From: a bacterium
Lineage (GTDB): Bacteria; Patescibacteriota; Minisyncoccia; Phycocordibacterales; Zambryskibacteraceae
Reading direction: 5' to 3'
Length of the DNA stretch: 64,000 nucleotides
Assembly: GCA_030649135.1 (NCBI GenBank)
Contig: JAUSGI010000002.1
Span: 1 to 64,000, forward strand
How positions within the stretch are numbered: the first letter of the stretch is position 1; each line of letters opens with the position of its first letter. Under the pieces are notes generated by a model. The model had not been told where the DNA came from, made no database searches, and saw only the letters and a list, made by a program, of their open reading frames with translations. This document shows positions 48,028 to 57,529 of the stretch, in pieces. Position numbers and translations under genes: made by a program.

Positions 48028-49153
48028 CTTCTTTGAGAGCTTCTACTGCCGCAGTTATAACATCTTCAAGACGGGTGGACTCCGCTATGCGCTCCGCTTC
48101 TTTAACATCGTGATTCCGCGTGTTCATAATACAAAGTAATGGTTTGGGTCCTCCGGGGGGAAAGACCATCTTGTGAATTTTGCCTTGCGGCGGCTGGTCC
48201 CATGGATTAACTGGGCCGAGGATATCGACCGTTGGGATATTAAAGGCTTCAGCAATGTATAGAGGGCCAGTATTGACACTCACAAAAACATCCAGCTTCG
48301 ATATGATCGCCTTTAATTCGTCTATTGATACAGAAGTGGTATCAGTCACCATTGATTTATCCTCGATCGCCAACATCATTTCATTAGACTCGCGTAGGTC
48401 GTTCCTACCGCCAATAACAAAAATATGGACGCTAAACTTTTCGATAAGATGATTCGCTACTTTGGCAAAATTTTTTGGACTCCATTGCTTTTCTTTATTA
48501 CCAGAACCGGCTGCAATACCAACGATATATTTGTATGGTTCACATATTTGAGAAATTATCTCCGCAGCCCTTTTTTCAGCAGTTTCGGAAAAGCCAAGGT
48601 GTTTGGTGGTATCGTCTGTAAAAATACCGAGTGATTCGAGAGCTTTCAATCTTTCTCTGGGAGCATATCCATCCAACTGATGCGGAAAGGTCTTAATAAG
48701 CCTCTGAAGAATTTTATAGGGCCTGGTCACATCATGGGCTACACCTCCCACGGCAGCCGGAGCTATCACTAAGGGAATCCCGGCAAGGTAAAGTAGAGAG
48801 GTGTGTTTAAATGATGGGCCAGTCACTATCGCTACTTCAGGATGATATTTTTTAATACGTTCTGTAGCCCCTTCATCCTCCAGATCAACATATTCATTAA
48901 CCAATCTACTGTCCGACAAAAGTGGACGATGCAATTTAGAATTACCCGCTACGATAATACGCGCTTTCGGTAAGTGCGCTCGAATGGCACGCAAGACTGG
49001 TGTAGCACAGACCACATCGCCCAGTTTACCAGTTGGCACCACCACAATATCGGAAATGCTTTTGGGAATCTTAGTGGCAGTTCCGTGGAAAAGTGCCCTT
49101 ATTAGACATTGGACAAGAAGTAGCATTCTATTGGCTCTATTTAAAAAATCCAT
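47996..49153 (-). CDS. ADP-heptose:acceptor heptosyltransferase (GT9)
   Basis: PTGKLGDVVCATPVLRAIRAHLP N-terminus; IGIAAGSG... VNTGPLYIAEAFNIPTVDILGP C-terminal GT9 pattern. Confidence 0.8.
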   Translation of the reverse strand: MDFLNRANRMLLLVQCLIRALFHGTATKIPKSISDIVVVPTGKLGDVVCATPVLRAIRAHLPKARIIVAGNSKLHRPLLSDSRLVNEYVDLEDEGATERIKKYHPEVAIVTGPSFKHTSLLYLAGIPLVIAPAAVGGVAHDVTRPYKILQRLIKTFPHQLDGYAPRERLKALESLGIFTDDTTKHLGFSETAEKRAAEIISQICEPYKYIVGIAAGSGNKEKQWSPKNFAKVANHLIEKFSVHIFVIGGRNDLRESNEMMLAIEDKSMVTDTTSVSIDELKAIISKLDVFVSVNTGPLYIAEAFNIPTVDILGPVNPWDQPPQGKIHKMVFPPGGPKPLLCIMNTRNHDVKEAERIAESTRLEDVITAAVEALKEASQNRPIEKE

Positions 49154-49216
49154 GTCGTTTTTTATAATTATAATACAAAGTGGGGCGGAGAGCTTGTGAC
49201 TCCCCGCCCCGGTTTC

Positions 49217-50743
49217 TCAAGTAGTTTTTCCGCCCTCCCATCGCGTCCCGATTTCTATCTGGAGACGCTTTCTGCGGTACTCCTCCGAGTTGACGCCAAA
49301 CTCCGCCCATTGTTGCAGTTCCTCGATTCTTTCCGGAGGTACTGTCGTGTTCTTCATGACAGCATTCCTCCAGTTAAAAATATCGGGGTCGAAGTCTTGC
49401 ACCAAGTACCCGTCACGCAGAGCCAAATCATGTAGGTTACTGCCGGGCAGAGGAACAGGGATCTTGAAAGAACAGTAATCTGCCCCCGCACCCACCAGCC
49501 GCCGGCCGAGCTCGATCGAGGACATCATCTCTGCCTCGGTCTCGTCCGGGAAACCGATCATCATGTTGATGGGGCACGTGATACCGATATTCCTCGCAAC
49601 CCTCACCAGCTCGACTACATCGAGTCGTTCATGGTTGAGCTTCCTCGTCGCATGCTGGTCAAGAATGCGCTGGGAAGCTGACTCCACCGGGAAAACGATC
49701 TGTGTGAGACCGCAGTCATAGAGGAGTTGCAGGAACTCTACATCGATGACCGGCTTGCCTCCGACGCTTCCCTTGAGAAAGTGCACCAGATTCACTCCGT
49801 TCACGTCAGCGAGCTTGAGCCCCAGGCCTCGGACTTTCCCGAGAATCTTACGCATCCGCGGCTTGTTGGCCAGGAGCGTATCATCCTCGAGGTAGACTTT
49901 TGTGACACCAAGGCTCTTGAGTATTGAGAGCTCTTCGAACACCCGCGCTTCGGACTTGAAGCGCAACTTGGCGATCCCGCCACTCTCCTCTTCATTTTCA
50001 CTTTCTTTAGAGATGTGGCAGTACGAGCACTTGAAAATACATCCGCGGGATGTTTGCATGTTCCCGGAACGCTCTGGGTCTTTGAGAAAGGCCCTTCCGC
50101 CAGCTGCTTCGGCACGATCGTAATGCATCCAGGGAAGCTTGTGCCATGCCGGGATGGGCAGAGCATCAAGATTAGTGAGCGTATCCCCCACTTGAGGAAA
50201 ACGTCTCACGATTCTCCCATTCTGCATGGTGACTGTTCCAGAGACGGCGAGACTTTCCCCCGCTTCCCAGGCTTGGATGACCTCGACGACCACCCGCTCA
50301 CCTTCGGTATTGCAAATGGCATCTACGCCGGCCGCGAGGAACCGTTTGTGAAGAGCTCGGGCGTTAACGCCACCGGCAATGACCAGGATTTCCGGAGATA
50401 CTGCCTTGGCCGCCTTGACGACTTCAAGTGCCATCCTGTGCTGCGGAGTGAAAATGGAGCTAAGACCGACAACGTTGTAGCCACCACGAGCGATGACCTC
50501 ACTCATCCGATCGGTCGTCATGCCGATACGGGTGAGGCCGTTTTCCTGCATGACAAGCTTGTCGAAGGTGTCTTCAAGCTTGTCATCCGGCGTGCCGACA
50601 TTGGCGTCGAGCAACTCCGACTCAATACCGGCTCGTTCGAGCGAGGCATCGAGATACAAGAGACCGAGCGAACCATCGACACGACGGGCTTCTCTCTTCG
50701 CCAACTGGGTAGGATGGTAAATGAGCAGAGCTTTTGCCTTCAC
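49217..50743 (-). CDS. B12-binding-domain radical SAM enzyme (class B; probable C-methyltransferase or rearrangement enzyme) on a GC-rich island
   Basis: N-terminal cobalamin-binding Rossmann region (VVGLSSIFT... VIAGGV); radical SAM cluster motif RGCIFKCSYCH (CX3CX2C). Confidence 0.8.
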   Translation of the reverse strand: MKAKALLIYHPTQLAKREARRVDGSLGLLYLDASLERAGIESELLDANVGTPDDKLEDTFDKLVMQENGLTRIGMTTDRMSEVIARGGYNVVGLSSIFTPQHRMALEVVKAAKAVSPEILVIAGGVNARALHKRFLAAGVDAICNTEGERVVVEVIQAWEAGESLAVSGTVTMQNGRIVRRFPQVGDTLTNLDALPIPAWHKLPWMHYDRAEAAGGRAFLKDPERSGNMQTSRGCIFKCSYCHISKESENEEESGGIAKLRFKSEARVFEELSILKSLGVTKVYLEDDTLLANKPRMRKILGKVRGLGLKLADVNGVNLVHFLKGSVGGKPVIDVEFLQLLYDCGLTQIVFPVESASQRILDQHATRKLNHERLDVVELVRVARNIGITCPINMMIGFPDETEAEMMSSIELGRRLVGAGADYCSFKIPVPLPGSNLHDLALRDGYLVQDFDPDIFNWRNAVMKNTTVPPERIEELQQWAEFGVNSEEYRRKRLQIEIGTRWEGGKTT

Positions 50744-50801
50744 GGTGTGTTCCCCCCTTGATTTTGGAACGTTTCTTGAAACAGATTAACAGAAATATCA
50801 A

Positions 50802-51977
50802 TTAAGTCAAGGTCTTTTTTATAAATTCGGCGATAGCGATGCCGCGTTTTTCCCAAGTGTATTTATCTTTAGTAATCCAGGCTTGGTTCGACAAACTTTG
50901 GGCCAGTTCTCGGTCATTATAGATTTTTAGGATAGCCTTCGCCCACCCTTTCGGAGTATTCGTCTCTATAATCAGGGCATCGGCTCCGTCGGTAAGCACC
51001 TCTTCGATACATGCTGTATGACCACCAACAATCGGCCGGCGACTAGCAAGTGCCGGAAACATTTTGGCAGGAGAATCCCCTATTAAATCTTTCTTTCGTT
51101 TTGGGATAAGAATGATATCGAATGCCTGTAGATATTTCGGTATCTCGCTCCTTTCCTGCCACGGCACAATAATTACCCGCCCTTGGACACCACTTTCTTG
51201 CGCAATTTCTCGTAACCATCCCGCATTCTCGTTCAGTTCACCCACAATCACAGCCACGATATTTGTCGGTAGAGATGCAAGGCTCTTCACGATATCGTCC
51301 ACTTCATAGTAGTCATTATTCGGATTGGCTCCGACCACACCGGTGTATCCTATAAGAAATAAATCGTTGGGAAGCTCTAATTCTTTCCGAAATGTGTATC
51401 TGTCTTGCGAATAGTCAAACCATGAATCCTCGGCCGCGCTACACAGAGAGAGCAGAATACTGTGATTGGATTTTTGATAATACCGTTTAAGTCCAGAACT
51501 GATGGCAATTACGCCGTCCGCCCATCTTACTGAAACCGTATTCAAAAATTGCCTAGGCTTGCTTTCCAGCACCGAATGTATCTCGAAAAACACTTTTTTC
51601 TGCAAAATCATCTTCGCCGCCAAGACTGCGGGGAAAAGCGACTCGTCTCGAAAATAAACCGCGTCGAATTCTCCCGTATGCATGAGGAAAAACCAGGTGA
51701 GACGAAGATTGGCAACAAAAAACATAAATAGTTCATACCAACTCTTACCGCCATACCTGGAGACGGTATTTGTCGCTTGTAGGCAGACAATATCAAATGG
51801 CTGATGGATACCCATCTTGCTGAAGAAGACGTGCCTGTCTCTATCTTGGTCCGTTGTCATAAACCTGACTTGAATATCTTTGTCGGTATTTACGGCTTCA
51901 CATGTTTTAGCCAGATTATAAACATTGGTCCTTCCGGCCAAAAGATTTACCCTAGAGATAAAGAGTATGCGTATCAT
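50802..51977 (-). CDS. Glycosyltransferase family 4
   Basis: GT-B C-terminal domain GGHTACIEEVLTDGADALII. Confidence 0.8.
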   Translation of the reverse strand: MIRILFISRVNLLAGRTNVYNLAKTCEAVNTDKDIQVRFMTTDQDRDRHVFFSKMGIHQPFDIVCLQATNTVSRYGGKSWYELFMFFVANLRLTWFFLMHTGEFDAVYFRDESLFPAVLAAKMILQKKVFFEIHSVLESKPRQFLNTVSVRWADGVIAISSGLKRYYQKSNHSILLSLCSAAEDSWFDYSQDRYTFRKELELPNDLFLIGYTGVVGANPNNDYYEVDDIVKSLASLPTNIVAVIVGELNENAGWLREIAQESGVQGRVIIVPWQERSEIPKYLQAFDIILIPKRKKDLIGDSPAKMFPALASRRPIVGGHTACIEEVLTDGADALIIETNTPKGWAKAILKIYNDRELAQSLSNQAWITKDKYTWEKRGIAIAEFIKKTLT

Positions 51978-52723
51978 AGTCTTACATCTTTACGCTTGAC
52001 TTCTTCTTGATGATAAAGTGGAAGAAGAGCCTCGTAAGAACCGACTTCGGCCCCAATACTTTCAAAGTAACGCGGGAAATATTTCCCGCAATTTAACCGC
52101 AAGGTTTCGGAACTAAGTTTTATTTTGGATAGAAAGTTAAAAAGGTCAAATCCAGCGAGGGTAGAAACACCGGCATAATCGTAGTCGATAAGGTAAATAT
52201 CTTTTTCCGAGACAAGGACATTATCCGGTGTCATGTCTCCATGTTGGGTAATCACGGGCAATCTAATATTATCGGGAAGTGTCTGAAATTCCTTGGTATT
52301 TTGTGCCAAATGAGACTGCCAAGCAATATAGTTTTCCATCACCAGCTCCACGTCTTGAGTTGAAGCCGAAAATCTCACCCCTGGGCAAACGGATTCAATA
52401 CAAAATACTATTTTCCCATCATCATAGAGATAAAGTGGAAGAGCAAAGAGGCTGGAATGAACACTTCCCTTCACCTCTTCTTGAAGCTTCTGAAGATTAT
52501 GATGATTCTCCCTGATACTCTCTCCCGCCGCGTAAGTACGAGTAGTTTTAACACAAAGGGTTGGCCATTTTTCCTCTTCTTCAAAGACAAAGATGAGAAC
52601 CTTGCCTTGGTCGACTTTAGTCCCAGAAGCCGGAGTACTGGTCTTCATAAACGACAGTTTGCTCTCTCTGGCATGAAGCCATTCTGGATGCTCTTTTATA
52701 AGCTTGGTTAGAATAGCAATCAT
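51974..52723 (-). CDS. Protein-kinase-like phosphotransferase (APH/ChoK/WaaP-type); candidate sugar (heptose) kinase
   Basis: HGDMTPDNVLV catalytic loop; IDYDYAG (DFG-equivalent). Confidence 0.65.
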   Translation of the reverse strand: MIAILTKLIKEHPEWLHARESKLSFMKTSTPASGTKVDQGKVLIFVFEEEEKWPTLCVKTTRTYAAGESIRENHHNLQKLQEEVKGSVHSSLFALPLYLYDDGKIVFCIESVCPGVRFSASTQDVELVMENYIAWQSHLAQNTKEFQTLPDNIRLPVITQHGDMTPDNVLVSEKDIYLIDYDYAGVSTLAGFDLFNFLSKIKLSSETLRLNCGKYFPRYFESIGAEVGSYEALLPLYHQEEVKRKDVRL

Positions 52724-53622
52724 TTCTGTACTACTATGCCAAAACTAAAGAAAAAATAGCGATAGAGCCACAACAAGATTGATGAGTGCACAATGGAGTG
52801 CAGGGCATACGAGAGCGCATTTAGATTGTCATATGGAATCATCATTCGTGGCAAATTATATCCCGGGTATGTAAGGTAAAATTCTATATTATTGAAGCCG
52901 GCTTCGCGGAGAAGTTTCTCATAGCCACTTTTGGTATAAGTGTAGGTATCGTAACTTCTCCCTCTCCTCAACTTCATGTAGATATTAGCTACAAAACGTG
53001 GCATGTAGCTCGTAAAGTAAAGTCCGCTGTGGTCCCGGCCTCGTAGATAGGCCAAGGCGAAGCGATTCTCGATGCCAATATAGAGATGCCCGCCTTTTTT
53101 TAATAAATCTTTGGCGATTTTTAAACTGGCGATTTGCGCCTCTCGGGGGTCGTGAAAGCGCTCTGTAGCACCGACCCATTCCAGAAGTCCATTCATGACA
53201 ATTAAGTCAAAGCTCTCTTTTCCAAAAGGTTTGTCCAAAATATCTCCCACATAGACCTCGATATTTTTGAGACCCTCTTTTTCGGCTCTTAATTTCAGAA
53301 ACTTCATCCGCAAATATGAACCATCAAGAGCCACAACACTTGACGCAACCCTGGCCAGCGGAATACTAATCCGCCCCATACCGGCCCCAACGTCCAAGAC
53401 TCTAAAGTCCTCGGCCAGAGGAATAACGAAGCGCCAATCAGCCCTGTTTTCCTCAAAAGTTTGGTCAAATTTATTGCTGAAACGACTTCTAAACTCATCC
53501 CATCCCTCCTTTTCTATCACTTCAACGGCTCTCTCCAGCTCTTCTTTGGGCGCTTTTCCCCAATAACGATCTTCGGAGAAAAAGGGTATGCCTTCAACTA
53601 TTTTCTTATAATTTGCGTTCAT
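52720..53622 (-). CDS. Class I SAM-dependent methyltransferase
   Basis: VLDVGAGMGRISIPLA; FDLIVMNGLLEW; LKKGGHLYI. Confidence 0.8.
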   Translation of the reverse strand: MNANYKKIVEGIPFFSEDRYWGKAPKEELERAVEVIEKEGWDEFRSRFSNKFDQTFEENRADWRFVIPLAEDFRVLDVGAGMGRISIPLARVASSVVALDGSYLRMKFLKLRAEKEGLKNIEVYVGDILDKPFGKESFDLIVMNGLLEWVGATERFHDPREAQIASLKIAKDLLKKGGHLYIGIENRFALAYLRGRDHSGLYFTSYMPRFVANIYMKLRRGRSYDTYTYTKSGYEKLLREAGFNNIEFYLTYPGYNLPRMMIPYDNLNALSYALHSIVHSSILLWLYRYFFFSFGIVVQK

Positions 53623-54233
53623 TTTGTTACCTCTAAATTCAGAGAATTATCACGATTTGATTTGTCATGAAATTCATGATGTTCGGCACTTTCGACATCC
53701 CATGGTCTCAACTGACCGGAAAAACCCGCTTCTTTAAGAATCTTTTTTGCATAATTAAAATTCCAGATAGTGCAATGCCTATCAAAGTCCTGATCTTGGC
53801 CAAGAAGCTGATTAATAATGCTATCCGTTTCTTTCCCGGACGCGTTATAAAAATCTATGAGCTTGTCGAAATCAGGAACTCCAAATCTTAGGATACCTCC
53901 CGGCTTAAGTACTCGCCGCCATTCTGCCAAAGTCCCAAGGAGATTGCTTCTGGGAATATGCTCGAGAACGTGACTGGCGTACACCATGTCAACCGACTCA
54001 TTGGGAAAGACCGAAAGGTCTCGGATATCCAAAACCAAATGGGTCTTGCGAAACGGAAAAGCATCAATATTTATAAATTCCGATGAGGTATTTACCCCGC
54101 TGCCCAAATTCAGATAAATCTTTCCATCTTTATTCTTTGGAATCCTCTCCCTAAAAATTAAAAACTTTATACGCCACAAGAGACGATAAAGCCATAATCT
54201 CGATGGTAGAGTCCATGCTTTGAATTTATCCAT
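53619..54233 (-). CDS. Class I SAM-dependent methyltransferase
   Basis: LNLGSGV; VDMVYASHVLEHI; LKPGGILRF. Confidence 0.8.
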   Translation of the reverse strand: MDKFKAWTLPSRLWLYRLLWRIKFLIFRERIPKNKDGKIYLNLGSGVNTSSEFINIDAFPFRKTHLVLDIRDLSVFPNESVDMVYASHVLEHIPRSNLLGTLAEWRRVLKPGGILRFGVPDFDKLIDFYNASGKETDSIINQLLGQDQDFDRHCTIWNFNYAKKILKEAGFSGQLRPWDVESAEHHEFHDKSNRDNSLNLEVTK

Positions 54234-54241
54234 AGAAAAAC

Positions 54242-55207
54242 CTATTTCTGCTGGTTTTGCTTATCTATCCAACGGTAAGTTTCAGCCAGTCCGATTTGAA
54301 GTTTCTGACTGGGGGCCCAACTTAATTTTTCTTTTATCAATTTATTATCGGAGTTACGGCCTCGCACACCAAGCGGACCTTCAATATGTTTGATACTTAG
54401 CTTTTTACCGGCAATCTCCATGACCATTTCTGCCAATCCGTTGATAGTCACCATCTCATCCGAACCAATATTAACTGGCCCAGTAAAGTCAGAATCCATA
54501 AGCCGTCTGACACCGTCTAGGCACTCATCAATATATAGAAACGAGCGTGTTTGCTTACCGTCACCCCAGATTTCAATTGTGCCCCCTTCCGATGCTTCGG
54601 CGACCTTCCTACACATGGCGGCTGGGGCTTTTTCCTTCCCACCGCGCCAAGTACCTTCCGGCCCGAAGATATTATGAAACCGCGCAATGCGAACATCCAG
54701 ACCATAGTTTCGGTAGTAGGAAAGATACATCCGTTCACTAAAAAGTTTTTCCCAACCATATTCGCTGTCGGGCGCGGCGGGGTAAGCCGATTCTTCCGAA
54801 CACTTGGGATTATCTGGGTCAAGTTGGTTATACTCGGGATAAATACAGGCAGAAGAAGAGTAGAAGATTTTTTTTATGCCAGCTTTTTGTCCAAAGGAAA
54901 CAACATTTAAGTTGATGCTGGCAGAATTGTGCATCACGTCGGCATCATGTTCCCCGCTAAAGATGTAACCGGCACCACCCATATCGGCAGCCAATTGATA
55001 AACCTCGTCAAACGGCTGGTCCAGTACATTTTTAACCACACTCTGGTCTCGTAGGTCGCCAATAACAAATTCATCAGCCACAGTTGGGGAAAATTCTGGC
55101 TGCTTCAAGTCTACGCCTCGGACCCAGGCACCCTCGCCCTTTAACTTCTTAACCAAATGGCCACCAATAAACCCGCCAGCACCACAGACTAGTATTTTTT
55201 TTGCCAT
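54242..55207 (-). CDS. NAD-dependent nucleotide-sugar epimerase/dehydratase
   Basis: VCGAGGFIGGHL; SSSACIYP; YGWEK (YxxxK). Confidence 0.8.
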   Translation of the reverse strand: MAKKILVCGAGGFIGGHLVKKLKGEGAWVRGVDLKQPEFSPTVADEFVIGDLRDQSVVKNVLDQPFDEVYQLAADMGGAGYIFSGEHDADVMHNSASINLNVVSFGQKAGIKKIFYSSSACIYPEYNQLDPDNPKCSEESAYPAAPDSEYGWEKLFSERMYLSYYRNYGLDVRIARFHNIFGPEGTWRGGKEKAPAAMCRKVAEASEGGTIEIWGDGKQTRSFLYIDECLDGVRRLMDSDFTGPVNIGSDEMVTINGLAEMVMEIAGKKLSIKHIEGPLGVRGRNSDNKLIKEKLSWAPSQKLQIGLAETYRWIDKQNQQK

Positions 55208-55220
55208 AAGTGGGTGTATT

Positions 55221-56246
55221 CTACCTCGTTAAGAATTGAGGCGCAATTTCATTAATAACCTTGCGGGCTAAGATTTTAGGAGTAAATTCTTGCTGGTATA
55301 GCTGGTAAGCATGTTCCGCAACTTGTTCAAGTTCTTTCGGGTGACCCCTTAACTCAACAATCTTACGAGCCAACTCACGATAACCCCCCGGTGGCACGGT
55401 AAAGCAGGTTTGGTTATCGGCGAGAAACTCCATCACACCTTTATTTTCTCCAGTAAGATACGGGAGTTTCATCGCCATGCTTTCAAAAACTTTATGTGGA
55501 ATCGTGGTGTGAACCCGCGGATGATTAGCTAATTGTCCAAGCGACAGGTGACATTCCGTCATTTTTTGTCGCAATTCATCTATGGGAAGTCTCGTAGTAA
55601 CAAGTTCGAGATTCTTGGGTTTAAGCTCATCTATCAATTTTTCAATTTCTTTTAACAGTAAACCACGACCAATAATTCGGATTTTAATATCTTCTTGCTC
55701 TAACTCTTTGGCCGCCCGAACGACAACTTCTGCCCCAGCTTCTGGCAGAAACATGCCACGGAAAACAACAGTAAATTGTTTTAATTTGGCAATGGCGGGG
55801 TCAAAGTAAAATTGTTTATCGTCCGTCCCAACGAAGTGGACCGAGATTTTGTCCGGATTAATTCGGAAAATTTTGACCACTAAATCTTTTTGAGACTGAC
55901 ACTCAAGAAATACCTTATCGGCCAAACTGAAAGCCAGGAAATCTATTAGCCAATATCGCACCAGATTCGCGCCCCGGGATATCACCATGCTGTCATAAAA
56001 AGTGGCCAGAGCATTGTATATAATTCTTTTTCTGGTAAAAAATCTAAGAAAGATAATTAAGATACTTGAGGCGTAGCCTATCATTACTAAATCACTCTCT
56101 GGTTCCAGATTACGAAAGTCTTTCAAAAGCTTGCAATATCCATTAAAGCCGAGCTCTTTGACTTCTACTCCATTTTCTTTTAAACCCATGACGGTAATCC
56201 GGTCTCGCGGATTATCGAGTTTGAAGCTCACGTAGCAGATTTTCAT
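55221..56246 (-). CDS. Glycosyltransferase (GT-B, GT4-like)
   Basis: C-terminal nucleotide-binding domain FRGMF... IIGRG... KVFESMAMKLPYLTG. Confidence 0.65.
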   Translation of the reverse strand: MKICYVSFKLDNPRDRITVMGLKENGVEVKELGFNGYCKLLKDFRNLEPESDLVMIGYASSILIIFLRFFTRKRIIYNALATFYDSMVISRGANLVRYWLIDFLAFSLADKVFLECQSQKDLVVKIFRINPDKISVHFVGTDDKQFYFDPAIAKLKQFTVVFRGMFLPEAGAEVVVRAAKELEQEDIKIRIIGRGLLLKEIEKLIDELKPKNLELVTTRLPIDELRQKMTECHLSLGQLANHPRVHTTIPHKVFESMAMKLPYLTGENKGVMEFLADNQTCFTVPPGGYRELARKIVELRGHPKELEQVAEHAYQLYQQEFTPKILARKVINEIAPQFLTR

Positions 56247-57184
56247 AATTCTCGCGCCAACTTATCCATGAGTAGATTAAGGCTGTGGTCTTCTACCTTG
56301 AAGTTTTTTAGGTCCGGGTTCCTAACTTCGAGCTTCATCCCGCAAGCGGCAGCTTCAATTATTGTTTTATCCATACTTCCGGCAGGAGTGAAGTTGGCGT
56401 AAGTTTCGTGTGTTTGGTAAAGCTTGAGAGCCTCGACTTGATTTACCGGTCCGATGAATTTGATTTTATCGTTAAGATTTTGCTTTACACGTTCTCCATA
56501 TTCCTTATCATCCGGCAAAATAGGCCCGGCAATAGTTGCAGTATATTCGGTACCCCCGACCCAATCAATGAACTCTAAAACCTTCTTTACCGGAGAAATG
56601 CGGCCTAGGAAAAGAACGGAATTAGGTATTCTCTTTACACTTGGGTCAGGTTTGAAAAAATCAGTATCTATACCAGCGGGCATCAATTTAGTCTTTTTGA
56701 ATCTGGCAGTATAAGAACTCGGCGAAGTGCAGAAAACTTTATCTGAAAGTAATACGGCCATACGAGTCCATAAATTCCCCTTCGCATGATTCCTCCACAA
56801 ACATACTTTCTTGCCCATTAGCCACCACGATTTCCAACCGAGGATGACATACTCTTGATTCATGTGCACAAACACAGAATTATAATTTCTCCTCTCCCGC
56901 CAAATATATTCATAAAATCTGAAAATGTATTTGAATCTAGACCGACCACCCTCTTTGCCAAGAGATAGTACCTTAACATTTGCCGGTAAATGATAGCTCC
57001 CCCGTGAAATAATTTTTCCTCCAGAAAAATTATCGCCTTGCGATATTTCACGGGGTGAACCCCTCTCAAGACAGATTACTGTCACAAACTCAAATCGCTT
57101 AGCAAACTCCCGTACCCAGCGTACAAAGAAACCAAGCACAGGATTATTCTCGTCTAGTGATTGTGTAATTATTAGTAATTTCAT
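56243..57184 (-). CDS. Glycosyltransferase (GT-B, GT4-like)
   Basis: FLGRISPVKK... EAAACGMKL. Confidence 0.6.
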   Translation of the reverse strand: MKLLIITQSLDENNPVLGFFVRWVREFAKRFEFVTVICLERGSPREISQGDNFSGGKIISRGSYHLPANVKVLSLGKEGGRSRFKYIFRFYEYIWRERRNYNSVFVHMNQEYVILGWKSWWLMGKKVCLWRNHAKGNLWTRMAVLLSDKVFCTSPSSYTARFKKTKLMPAGIDTDFFKPDPSVKRIPNSVLFLGRISPVKKVLEFIDWVGGTEYTATIAGPILPDDKEYGERVKQNLNDKIKFIGPVNQVEALKLYQTHETYANFTPAGSMDKTIIEAAACGMKLEVRNPDLKNFKVEDHSLNLLMDKLAREL

Positions 57185-57529
57185 GTGGAGGGCCTTGTGA
57201 AATACGATTTGAGCCTGTTTTTTGTCGATTCTACAGCCCCCTTCAAGTGTTGCTCAAATCGTAATTCAATATCATTAGTATACCCGACATAAAAATTTCC
57301 ATCTTTTTGACTCTGTAGAACATAGACGTAGAATTTTTCATCAAATACAGACATGATATTGAATTATTTCACTGGGCAAGTCCAACGATGGAAAAAACCC
57401 AAAATAGGGTCACTTTTATCGACTTTCTGGGTGATCACCAGCAGTTTCATTGGATTTCCTCGCTCCTATTTTCTTATATGCGGAAGGTTAAACCTTGCGT
57501 ATTGGTCTTACTTCCATCATAATTCTAGT

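Noticed and set aside
57353-57529. Sixty-codon N-terminal extension of RAYT copy 1
   Set aside because: The extension is low-complexity, covers the direct repeat and the palindrome, and has no counterpart in copy 2. The conserved N-terminus begins at MTRPI (57530).
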